64,000 nucleotides of DNA from Marsupella aquatica (GCA_973895155.1 OZ316894.1:19754805-19818804), one strand, 5' to 3'; numbered from the stretch's first letter, positions 1 to 10,477 are shown. Program-made: numbers and translations. Notes: a model not told the origin generated them from the sequence alone.

Positions 1-313
1 AAAAATGCCTATTAAGAAAAGTAAAGTACCTCAATAGTGTAGAGCCAATTGTGCAAATTGATGCGCATTTCCAATACATTCAATGAATTTACATCATGAA
101 GTTGAATATCTTGTAATTGCATTCATCATCATCCAACTTGTAGTTTTCACTCTTGAATAGTGAAGCATGGTGGGTGCCAGATACTATGAATAGGTAACCG
201 AACACCATAGGTTGCCTATTCAAGGCATCGGTACTCTACCTTGTTTCACAAACTCCTGCATGATGATGTCCACATAGAGACCTTCCTTCACAGACTCATG
301 CATGATGATGTCC

Positions 314-380
314 ACATGACGGAGGGGAATTGAACCCCTGATTGAGCATAAATCTCAATTTGCCAATCCGCCATCCCCTA
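314..380 (-). ncRNA. tRNA-like/Pol III A-box+B-box unit (degenerate) inside the transposon 3' end
   Basis: Minus strand reads TAGGGGA TGGCGGATTGG(A-box) CAAA TTGAG-ATTTATG-CTCAA (5-bp stem, 7-nt loop) TC AGGGG-TTCAATT-CCCCT (T-arm, B-box GGTTCAATTCC). The D-stem 3' strand and acceptor stem are defective. Confidence 0.5.
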
Positions 381-463
381 CTCTACTCCCTCCCACTAAC
401 CCTACACATGCATCACATACACACACAACAAACTACTTTTAATAAACAATAGTCAATTATATA

Positions 464-3400
464 TCACAATTTACTCACACTTTGAATGTATGTAGTCAAA
501 GCTTGCAAGTCACTTGCATCTAGTACATACACTCTATCAACTATCCCAGACTTCATTGTCAAGTTCACATTTGAAATTACCATCTCAATATCAATCCATT
601 GTCCATCTGTTGCATCATAAGTGAACAAAGTTTTGTTGTTACCAGTAGATTTGTACCAATTACACTGCAAGTGGCACACACTTCCACTCTGTCCAACTGC
701 AGGTACAGGTCTGTCCAACAGATCTATTGCTTTCCGACGTCTGACCCAATGGGAGCCATTCTTCTGTATCATAAACTCAATCCTACCCAACCAATATTCC
801 TTCTTTGCAGATGTTGCGTCAACAACAGGCCCTTTATCTATTCCCTTCCTCTTCTTTGACTTGGATGATCTGGTAGAAGGACCAACCTCTGCAGCAGACT
901 CAAACAAAACTGCTATATCAGTACCAATGTCAACCAAACAAGTCACAGAGTCACCATTTTCCTTCTCCTTACCAGTAGTGTAATAGGTCTTCTGGGCTAT
1001 CCTAGTTAGCCTATCCTTTGACATGAAAGGATTGCAGCACAATTGACTCACAAGAGTGGACTTGTAGATAGTCCTTCCCTCATAAGTTACAGTAGACACT
1101 ACTGACCGGGGTGTCTGCACATCAGTTAAGTCTGCTTGAACTCCAGCCAAGACATGCCTTACTTCATGTCCTAGTGTCTCCATCTCACAAAATGGGTTAG
1201 TGTCCACCTCAATCGAACAATCTTCAACTGTTAGTGGCTCAATACAATCCTGACTGTCCAGAGTGTCCCATGAATCAATCCGATTGAGATCTTCTTCAGG
1301 ATCTTCAAACTCTAGAAACTCTCCAATTGGGGGCTCAGGTCTAGGGCCTACAGTAGATCGATGCTCAATTGTGTCTTCAGCATCATCACATAACACAACC
1401 TCTTTCATGACACTTGTATCCGGCCAAGTCTCTGCCTCCACCTCCCAAGGTTGAACCCACCATCGTCTTTTTGCTGCTAGCAAAGAACTCCTTGGTGACA
1501 TGTTCAGCTTGCACAACAAATCCTTTGCTTCCTGCAAACCTTCCTTTAGAGCATCAACAACCAGCTCATTAGTCTGAACTGCAGAGTAATCAAATAAATT
1601 TGGAGCTTGTTCTCCTTCATCTAGAGGATGTAAAGTTGCCCAAACATGATCCTGTTTATCATGTGATCGACGTATCTTCAATCCCTCTGGTCCATACTCT
1701 AATCCAGCTAGTCGATTCAGTCCCACTGCACTGTCCAGTAGAGATCCAAAGTCATAATTTCTCTCATGGCCACTCATGCCACCTACCTTGCTGAAAAATA
1801 TCTCACAATAATCTGATCCCAGCAAGTGAAATGGAACTTGCAGATATGGGAACTTGTCCCGAAAGGCACAGATTAACAATACTACAAAATGACAAGACAT
1901 GTTGATATCATGGAAAGCCTGCACAGAAATCATGTTCTTCTCTGTGATAGATCCAGCATTCCCTGTCACAGAATGATCACCATACCTCAACCATAGCCTC
2001 CACAATCGGAAGAACCAAGATACCTTTGATGCCACGACAACACGGGTTCTTAGGTCATGCTTAACAGAGAAGAAAATATCTATGTAGTCTGCACAAACCT
2101 CCAAGTATATCATGGTCCCAAAGCTTCTATCATGACGAACATCTCGTCGCTCATACATATGCTGCAGGCAGGCCTGCACTCTCCTGGAAGCTATTCGTTG
2201 TGGGCCAGCCCAATTTTGTCTATCTGTCCTATTCACATCATCCCAATGCAAACCATGCTCATGAATTGCATAATGGTTATAAACAGATGTGACATATGAC
2301 AAAGATGCATGCTGATCACCAAGAACTAACATAGCAGACACTCGGTCCAATGGGTTAATTGCCTTCTTGCCATTGTGAGGTGGGTCTTGGTCTCCAAAAC
2401 CATATAGATCTCCATTCGGAAGTATGGACACTGAGTATTGCCACCCAACCCATCCTACACTGTACCTAGGAAAGGAACCATTCACAACAGTATAATCTTC
2501 CATCATCAATTTCCTACGACGAGCATCACCATCACTAGCATGGCCCAACAAAGGACCAACACTGTCTCTGCAATGTGTGTCCCACATGGACTTCAACTGC
2601 ACCCAATGCTCTCTTACCCAGGGAGCTCTAAACTTGTTACATGTTGGTAGAACACACAATGCCTTAGGCATCTTTGCATGCAGAGGATTGACAATGATTA
2701 CTCTAGCATACATGCCTTTGGCATACTGCTCAAAAGTACTTACAATCTTGTCATACCCTTCAGTACCTGCTCCAACCAGTACTTCCAAGCCAAAAGAACA
2801 TGTGTGCTCTTCTAAGGGGCCACAGAAACCAATGAGGGTGTCATATTTAGCTTCCCATCTGTCACACACAATAGAATACAGACATCAGTTCATGACATGC
2901 AAACTCACCCAACACATTCAAACAAACAAGCTAATTTACTACAGAGACAAAAACACAAACCTGGGTCTCTCTTTGATCCTTGTTTCATCCTCAGCAAACA
3001 TTACTGGTACATCTCCTACAATTCCAAGTGACTGCTTTGATGCACACAGTACTCTGCACACCTCCTGGAATATCTCTTTTCGAATGCCAGCTCTAAAGGG
3101 TGGGAGTTTTGCTCTATCACGTTTCAAGGTCTTCAGACCTGGACCACCTAGGTTAGCCTGGAAACAATGAGCCACTTGTCTGCCTCCAAACTGAAACATG
3201 GCTTGGGAGAAGGCCTTGGTTCTCTTACTGTATCGATAACCCTTAGCAACTCTCTGCAAGTTCTTAGCTACATCTGTCAGGAAATCCCATAACCCTTCCT
3301 TGCCACCAAAAGCACCACATCTATGTCCATTCACAATATTTCTCAGAAACAGTCTTAAATCTTTCCTATCATGGGCTACTCCTAATAAATCTTCTAGCTT

Positions 3401-5056
3401 CTTTCGCCTAACACTCAGGGCATAAATTTTCTGAGCCTGTTGTGCCAACAGCCAACGCTGTTTCCTAAAGCGAGTGGTGAGGTTACCAACATGTTCCCTC
3501 AGTTCGGTTTTGGTCAAGTATGCCAACCTCATCCCACCCTGTGTAGTCCTGTCTCCTCTCTACACTAATGCTTCCGCTTCCCTGTGCACACTGCCACGAA
3601 AATCATCTTCACGTTTTATAGAATCACATAGAGTGCAAGTGAGGTTTTGAAAACCACCTCCATTAATGGACACCCTGTGACATTGCTTGTGCCTAAAACA
3701 ACCTTGTATACCAACAACTGACTGACTAGTTACATTGAAAACCTCAGCACAGGTTGTATGGTCACAATCCCACACATTTCCTCCCTCTTGATCATCAAGT
3801 ATGCCTTTCACAGCCATAGAATCCCCTGTCCACTTCACCTCTGACTCCCACAGGCCCCAACAAAGCAAACTTAAACTTGGCTCAATGGAGGAATACAACC
3901 CACCTCTGCCTGAACTGCTCCCTGCAGCAGAGCTGTCCTCTCTAAAGAAATTCAGAATAGAATTTTGAGATGGAAACAGATCACGAGCATCAGGCTTCCT
4001 TGGTCTCCCCTTCTTCCCTGCCCTCAGTGCAGCCTGGGTACTGGTGACAACGTTCTCAAGTGCATCCATATGATCCCGACTGACAAGGTGTTGCCTTAAA
4101 TTGTGTTCCAAATTGGATTTCTTAGGGCACAAGTCAGTATGTAGCTTGCCACGGACTGTACATCTGACCTTAAACAGGAATGACCTCTGTGCAAATGTTG
4201 GATCAGTGGGAGATGGTGTGATAGAGAACACTTCTACCACCCCACCTACCTCTGCATTCAACTTTCCCACTATTTCCACACCAGCCCCTATTTGCATACT
4301 ATGATCAAACAGTGGTTGCTGTATAGTGTCAGCAGCCGTCACCAAAGCTCCAGCTAAACCCCTTCGCTTACACCAGTTCTCCTTGTGTTTAGGGTTGGTC
4401 AGGTGCTTTGTCTTGAAGTTGCTAAAGCAATTTGCGATGGACTTGAGCACCTGTGAAGTGGCTACATTCCCATAAGTCTCCCTACACTCTAAGCATTCTA
4501 GATGACCTCGACACTCCCCTCCCTCATCCCACGTCCGCACTTTCCACTTGTGCTCACCAAAGCCCTTCTGGTTTACCCAGGATCGTAGCTTCAACCACTC
4601 ATCATTCCAGGCCTTTGATGCAGCCTCAGACATGAGGTGAGACTCAAAGGAGCTTGTGACAGGCTGTATAGTAGCCTGTACTGGCACCCCTTGTGTTTGT
4701 CCTTGAGACAATGGAGTTGTGCCTGCCACATTGGACACAGTGGCAGCAGATGAATGAGAGGAACCAATAGTGACCCTCTCCGCAGGCAAGGCAACTAAGG
4801 GTAATTCTGCAATCACATAAATTGTCCCTTGAAGTTCAGTCACCCCAACAGTCTTCTCTGAAAAGCGCCGGACTCGACCAGGCAACCTCTCATCCCAAAA
4901 ATCAAAGTCAAACTCTACTGCACCAACACATTTTAGACGAAAATCTGCCAGAGTCTGCCCTTCTTTGAAGGACATGACACAGATTGGCGTATCAGGCTTT
5001 CCTCCCTCGTCACCCTTTTCTACCAATCTGACAGAGCTCATGCCTAGGTGTGCCAT
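464..5056 (-). pseudogene. P-element/THAP9-like DDE transposase, ~1,500 aa, interrupted by one in-frame TAG
   Basis: ORFs 3560-5056 and 2939-3532 share one frame (…EALV*RGDRTTQGGMRLA…, TAG at 3560-3562). A GT-AG intron at 2859-2960 joins EDETRIKERPR to WEAKYDTLIGFCG (P-type DE…D..IGF). Downstream motifs are ASDGD (2nd Asp), QDPPHNGKK (DxxH), DRQN and GSDYCEIFFSKVGG (catalytic Glu; cf. QDxLENFF). N-terminal CxxC…HxxxxxH zinc-finger-like units are present. Confidence 0.8.
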
Positions 5057-5387
5057 GATGGACAGTTATACAGGCTGTGAAAGTAAGGGAGATGGATTAG
5101 GTAGATGAACCTGTCATACAACAATGGACAGACATGGAAAAAGATCAGGACTCAAGTCAACCATTCACAATGTCATCTGAACACTCAATCTATTGTAGTC
5201 CATTTCAATTCATCAAAATTCCATTTTGTTCAACCAAATACTTAGGTCCCTTTCATTCATAGAAATACTTAAGTCCATAGCATTCAACCAAATACTTAAG
5301 TTCATATAATTTAGGTAGTCTTATGGGTCCACTACAAAAAAGGTTGAAGTTTGTAAGATGGTGGAATTTGTAGCAGTCATGATGTGT

Positions 5388-6083
5388 CTAGTCATGGGTA
5401 CTAGGGATATCAGAACCCTCTGGAATGACATGGCGATTACAGTAAATCATGCGCCACTGTCCAATGTCCCAGGTGTCTCGGCCCCTCACCCCTCTCCTCA
5501 AGTGCCTATCTGCTGTTGGTCCTTCATCACGACACCATGCACGAGGGCATCTACGACATTGGACAAAGTCCCAAATGCCCTCCCGATACTCCTTACAGAC
5601 CTCACAGTAATGTCGTGGGCATATAAAAGCATCGGGATGTGCATCAGGGTTATCTAGATGGTGGGTGAATGGCATTTCCCCCAATCGCAGAAGTGTCCGG
5701 AGGCAACCCACATGGTAAAATGAGTAGCAATCATCATGAGAACACTGGACCACAAGGGGCTCGTCTGTGCTGGGTCTCAAGGTTTTGCCAAGGAGCCCAC
5801 AACCAAAACATCTTCCTCTGTTTTGCTGACAGAGGTCACAGAGCCAAGCTGCAGCCCAATCATGACCTCTGGAAATGACAATGCGCTGACATGTAGGTCC
5901 ATGGCCATCTTCTTCATCAGGGTTGTGGCCATCAACTACATAATGAAAATGGCGACCACAAGGGCCATCACAGAACAAAATAGTTCCTCCCTCGTCACAT
6001 TCAAAACAACAAGGGGGATCCATACAAAGGTGCTCCCTATGCCCAAATCTTGGATCCAGCAACTGACGAGCGATGTGTGCCAT
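5388..6083 (-). CDS. EDM2-like composite (atypical triple) PHD-finger protein, transposon cargo
   Basis: CCFECDEGGTILFCDGPCGRHFH…CDLCQQNRGRCFGCG…QCSHDDCYSFYHVGC…FICPRHYCEVC…QCRRCPRAWC…W…MIYCNRHVI is collinear with the recalled Arabidopsis EDM2 PHD region (CxxCDNGG..LCCEG.C.RSFH…CRRCPKSYH…LIYC..H.I). First ATG is at 6083. Confidence 0.75.
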   Translation of the reverse strand: MAHIARQLLDPRFGHREHLCMDPPCCFECDEGGTILFCDGPCGRHFHYVVDGHNPDEEDGHGPTCQRIVISRGHDWAAAWLCDLCQQNRGRCFGCGLLGKTLRPSTDEPLVVQCSHDDCYSFYHVGCLRTLLRLGEMPFTHHLDNPDAHPDAFICPRHYCEVCKEYREGIWDFVQCRRCPRAWCRDEGPTADRHLRRGVRGRDTWDIGQWRMIYCNRHVIPEGSDIPSTHD

Positions 6084-6116
6084 GCTGAACAAGATCTGCA
6101 AAATTACCTTCAAAAA

Positions 6117-6689
6117 TTAGGGACAGGCATGTGATGTACCAGAAGGAGCAACAGTCCACCAACAATCACAGCCAGTAGCCTCCACTAGGGGCATCACTTC
6201 CCTGTGGGCTCCTTTGATCCATCCTGCAATATGAGGAATGCAGATTAGAAGTCAGCAACTTAAATGTGCATCATCATCACGGGCAGAACCTGGATGTGTC
6301 CCACCACAGACACAATCATTGATGAAATGACAAGTATTCCATGCTAGGCAACCGCCCCATGCCATTCTTGCCATGTACTGTGCAAAAGTCTGCACTATGT
6401 TTGAGTGACCTCCCCTACAACGATCACATGTTTGGGTGTGACAATGGAGACAAGCCTCCAGGAAGACACAGTCCTCGTCCAACACCCCAAGTGTCTGTTT
6501 AACTAGACGAATACTGTTTGGGACTAGTGGGGATGTATTCAGCCTCCTGTAATGGTGGTGAGGCAGACTTGGATAGCCCCAGGTCACAGCACAGTTTGCA
6601 GGCACGACCCCATTGTGAATCATCTTCACACGGAATCGCTCACCCTTCTGTTGATGGTACTCAGACAATGCACTGCGCGTCACAACCAT
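6117..6689 (-). CDS. Orphan Cys/His-rich protein (~170 aa), transposon cargo
   Basis: ATG at 6689 (MVVTRS…CLHCHTQTCDRC…CHFINDCVCGGTHP). A plausible 66-bp GT-AG intron at 6224-6289 with a CTGAC/CTAAT branch site continues in frame as GWIKGAHREVMPLVEATGCDCWW…ACP*. No family recognised. Confidence 0.4.
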
Positions 6690-6975
6690 CTTTAGTGCAC
6701 CTAGACTGAGATTGTGCTCACTCCAACAAAATGACAAGGCCACAACAAACAGGGTACGGGGGCCGACCTTTGCTCGGACCCTAAACTTCCCCACTTTCTG
6801 CCTTGCGCTAGAATGTCCCTGCAAAAAAAAGCAACTAATTTTTAAAAACCTACACACACCAAAGGAACTACACACTGCTCCAAGAACCAAACAACAAATC
6901 TGCAAAGAATTGTAGTAGACAAGCAACGCTTTATTAAATTGCTCCAAAACTGAGCAAGGTTACATTTACAGTAAG

Positions 6976-7443
6976 CTAAACATATTTACGTTTTGGCATG
7001 ATCAAGTTTACACTTCTCCAAACTGCACCTGCCTTATCCTGTTTTATCTTTTCTACTTTTCTCTTAGCGCAGTCTACCTCAGACTCTACCTCAGTCAACA
7101 TTAAGTTGAAAGGGCCTTCTTCCAGTAGGACTCCTGCTTTGAGGGATTCGCACATCCATTCAAATGAGACGACTTTCAATGCCTGCTCTTGAATGAGGGA
7201 ATTAACACCAGACCATGTCCACTTGGACATGACTGCTCTCCAAGAACCAGCAACAATGTGAGTGGTGTTGCTGGAAGCAATAGTGCAAAACTGACCATGA
7301 CGTTCAATTAGCTTTCTATGGAAAACTTCAAAACGGGCTCTTGAAAATTCATTTGGAACTAAGAAGGCATTCACACCCTGAAAAATTGGCTTCGAAACTG
7401 AACAGGGCAAAACCTTTGGTGTAGACTCATATCTACGACCCAT
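6976..7443 (-). CDS. BRCT-domain protein (resembles the N-terminal BRCT of DNA polymerase lambda), transposon cargo
   Basis: IFQGVNAFLV…RARFEVFHRKLIERHG…TTHIVA…KVVSFEWMCESLKAGVLLEEGPF matches the BRCT pattern F.G…G…THIV…V…W..ES..AG. It may splice to downstream exons (acceptor near 6820). Confidence 0.7.
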   Translation of the reverse strand: MGRRYESTPKVLPCSVSKPIFQGVNAFLVPNEFSRARFEVFHRKLIERHGQFCTIASSNTTHIVAGSWRAVMSKWTWSGVNSLIQEQALKVVSFEWMCESLKAGVLLEEGPFNLMLTEVESEVDCAKRKVEKIKQDKAGAVWRSVNLIMPKRKYV

Positions 7444-9060
7444 GGCACAGTCAACCCTAAAGCTAAAGGCCCTGTTGTCCTCTGCAACAATGTGGAGCTT
7501 ACTTGGATCCTAGCCTCCCCACAACTTCTGTAGTCGAATGAGAACCCGAACTCCTGCTCACCACCCAAGATTGAGTGAATCTGCACATTCCACAATGCAC
7601 AATTAAAACATATCACTATTCTGTCTCTGTACATTCAAATCAGTCAGACAATTGAATAATACTGCACAACTTCAACTATAGTACATACACCAGACCATAA
7701 CTGAAAAGAGGGGAGATCCACACCTGGAGTATGTTGTCTTCTGCACAACACTGATATAGAATACAACCCTAAACAACACGATCCGAGACCCACGTACCAC
7801 CAGTAAGTGAAGTCGCCCTACAAAGACAACAATGGAGCAAATAATTCAGAATGTAGCCCTTGCAGACAATAATGTTGACCTGCATTGTGACATCGTTCAC
7901 ACAAGCTTCCTTCAATACTCCGAGAAGATTTAGACTCTGACTGTCTGTCTGTCTACTACCTCCGCAATTCTACCTTGAGGTCCTACATTGAAGGCAACTC
8001 TGTGCATTCTGCTAAGCCAAGCTGCAACAAAACAAAACCAAAGAAGACTTTCATTCACTTTGGAACCCACAAAATGAGTCATTCATAGCAATGTTCATAC
8101 CTTCACAGCACAGCACAGTGCAGGATCAGATTGGATCTGATTTGGATGGCAAGCACTAATCACAATGAAGATCGAGCACCAAGCACCAATCACAACGAAG
8201 ATCGAGCACTGATCACAAAGGAAGCACCAATCACCAAGAAATAACTGATCACCGAGAACCACCAAGCAATGGGACCAAATAGAATGTCCCTTGCTGAGTT
8301 CACCCTAAATGGACAATCCTGCCAATGCGAGTGGGGATCAGATGTGCAACTTTTAAGAAGCTTCTACGCTGGATTTCAGGGTAGCTCTTTTCAAGGCAAT
8401 GCAATCACACAAGCTTGTGACTGTGACAACATAGACTTTGTTTGTCACTCCTGTGAAGTTTGCAAGCGGAGTGATAGATTCTAACCTGGCAGATGAAAGA
8501 CTTCCTTCACTCTTTCGCCCTCACCAAGCATTCCTTTTGGGTCCGTGTCTTTCTGCAAGCAATCACACAGCTCAATCCCGCAGCTAAAGAACCGGACAGC
8601 AGCAGCGAAGCAGCAATCCTCTAGCCGGCATCGCCCTCCTCTTGAATGAAAGGAAAGGAACACGTCGCAGGCAAAGAGGAAATGCTAGCAAACAGATAGC
8701 AACTGACATCGATGTGCGGCAACATTTGCAAGAGGAGCAACCTTCAAGGGCCCACATAAGCTAGGAGTATCACCTTCTTTCCGCCAACCTTCCGTGGAAT
8801 ATGTCCCTGGGCAGAACGCAGGGAAACCGGGAGCAGAACGCAGGGAAACCGGGAGGGAAACAAGCAAAAAGCTATGGTGGAGACCTCATCAGTTTCTATC
8901 AAGCTCGATCCAAACCAAGTAATAGTTGGCCTCACAATGTACCTCCTCTCCGAACTCGCCCCAGAACTTGTGGCAGCAGTAGCACTCAGTCTACCTCGAT
9001 CCTCTCCAATGTCGCGGCAGCGCAAAGTAGTCATAGTCACCCTCCAAAGTTGCGGCAGCG

Positions 9061-9335
9061 CAACGCAGCCCCGATTGTCACAAAGAAAGTTGAAGATCCT
9101 CCATGGCAGCACAGCGCAGCCCTTCCGATTGTCACAATGAAAGCGCATCGCAGCGCAGCCCCAGTCTCCCAATTGTCACAAAGAAAGTGCAGCGTAGCCC
9201 CTCCTGATTGTCACGATGAAAGCGCAACACAGCCCCTCCCGATTGTCACAAAGAAAGCAAAGCGCAGCCCCTCTCAATTCTCACGAAGAAAGTCACGGTA
9301 GTGCATGCAGCCCTCCCAATTGTCACGAAGAAAGT
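9061..9335. repeat. Subterminal tandem array, ~7 degenerate copies of a ~33-bp unit CAGCGCAGCCCCTCCCGATTGTCACRAWGAAAG
   Basis: The core ATTGTCAC(A/G)A(A/T)GAAAG recurs seven times, once as ATTCTCAC. Confidence 0.85.
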
Positions 9336-9362
9336 GAACATTGAGTTTGAAACTCAATGTTC
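9336..9362. repeat. Perfect 13-bp-arm palindrome GAACATTGAGTTT-G-AAACTCAATGTTC
   Basis: Read directly; abuts the tandem array. Confidence 0.9.
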
Positions 9363-10180
9363 GCGCGTCCTCCCTCAACCTCGGGCCCACAATCCTCGTC
9401 CCCTACAACCACCACCCGAGCCATTGTGCACCGTCAGATCTTAAACCCTAAACATCGACAGCCCTTGCAAACCCTGAGTGGCATCATCGGTCCCTCGGGG
9501 TCCCTTAACCCACTTTAGACCCCATCCCAATAAACCCCAAATAGAAATAGTTGACAATTATAAAGTTTGGTTACAATAGGGCAAAAATTGAAACATTCAT
9601 GTTGCGGCAAAAAATCATATTTACCACCTAAAAACACGTGTCATAATTACAAGGAGACATGTGGTCCAATATAAACATGACGCGTGTCGCATGAACATAT
9701 GACAATAAATTCCCTAACTTTTTTGGACACCTTCCGTGGAATATGTCCCAATTAAAAAATGCCTATTGTTCTTTAAAGCGGCCCAATAATTAAAACGGAC
9801 CCTTTTGTTCTTCCACCAATCTTCGGAAGTCTTTCGCCAAACTCAATTAAATGGCCCTATACTTCGTCGCACGTGATGTGGCACTTCTGCGGAAGTGACC
9901 CCCCAAGCTCGGGATGTTACTGCCCTTGATGTAATTTAGAGGTGAAAAGATGATGTCGTCCTTAGAATTGACTGTTGAGTTGACATGTTACTATCATAGG
10001 TAGGTGGGTCTAATGAGAGGAGAACATCTTTTCTTATTTTTTCTATTACCTCTATAAAGTATTTCTTCCACGAGAGTTAAGATAGCTCACAATGGCGTGG
10101 ACTCTTTTGGATTAAAAATCACAAGTAATAACCTCTAGGCCAAACTCCCTTGGGTGTGAAGGGAGGTTTCCAATTCAAAC

Positions 10181-10477
10181 CTTGGGGGTCTCACTTCCAC
10201 AAAAATGGCATATCACGTACGACAAAGGATAGGGTCATTTTATTGGTTCTAAGGGAAGACTTAAGAATTTTTGTAGAAGAACAATAGGGTCTTTTAAATT
10301 CAATTTTGAGACTTATAAGAACATTAGGGTCTTTTTAATCCAATTTTTAGAATATTCCAAGAATATTCCAACTTTATAGGGGTTAAAAAATAAATTTGTT
10401 TTCTTACATTTTAGGGGGTCCGAGGCCTAAAAACGTCGCAGGCGATGGGGAGGTCCCCATATAGTGAGACCCCCGAG
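10181..10477 (+). mobile_element. MITE copy 1 (15-bp TIR CTYGGGGGTCTCACT, 8-bp TSD ATTCAAAC)
   Basis: TIRs at 10181-10195 and 10463-10477; ATTCAAAC at 10173-10180 and 10478-10485; no coding capacity. Confidence 0.92.

Larger units (their letters stand above)
1..9907 (-). mobile_element. Large P-element-like (8-bp TSD) DNA transposon with cargo ORFs; other terminus just upstream of the window
   Basis: DDE transposase at 464-5056 plus three co-oriented ORFs. The minus-strand terminus CTTGGGGGGTCACTTCC ends at 9907 and aligns with the TIR and 5' end of the MITEs at 10181 and 13295. It is followed by CTCGGGAT (9908-9915, candidate TSD of NTNNNNAN form). The subterminal motif AAAAATGCCTATT occurs at both 9755-9767 and 1-13. 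Confidence 0.8.

Noticed and set aside
8744-9301. ORFs 8744-9172, 8801-9301 and 8874-9140
   Set aside because: They overlap the GC-rich repeat array and have no domain signal; likely chance ORFs.
9061-9335. CRISPR-like appearance of the 33-bp array (also 22517-23182 and 60490-61250)
   Set aside because: Units are degenerate and nearly contiguous, without unique spacers; no cas genes; eukaryotic context.
9755-9768. CAATAGGC (minus strand) as a canonical P-type terminus, or 1-13/9755-9767 as terminal direct repeats
   Set aside because: Homology to the MITE 5' end continues to 9907, so this is a subterminal motif, not the end.
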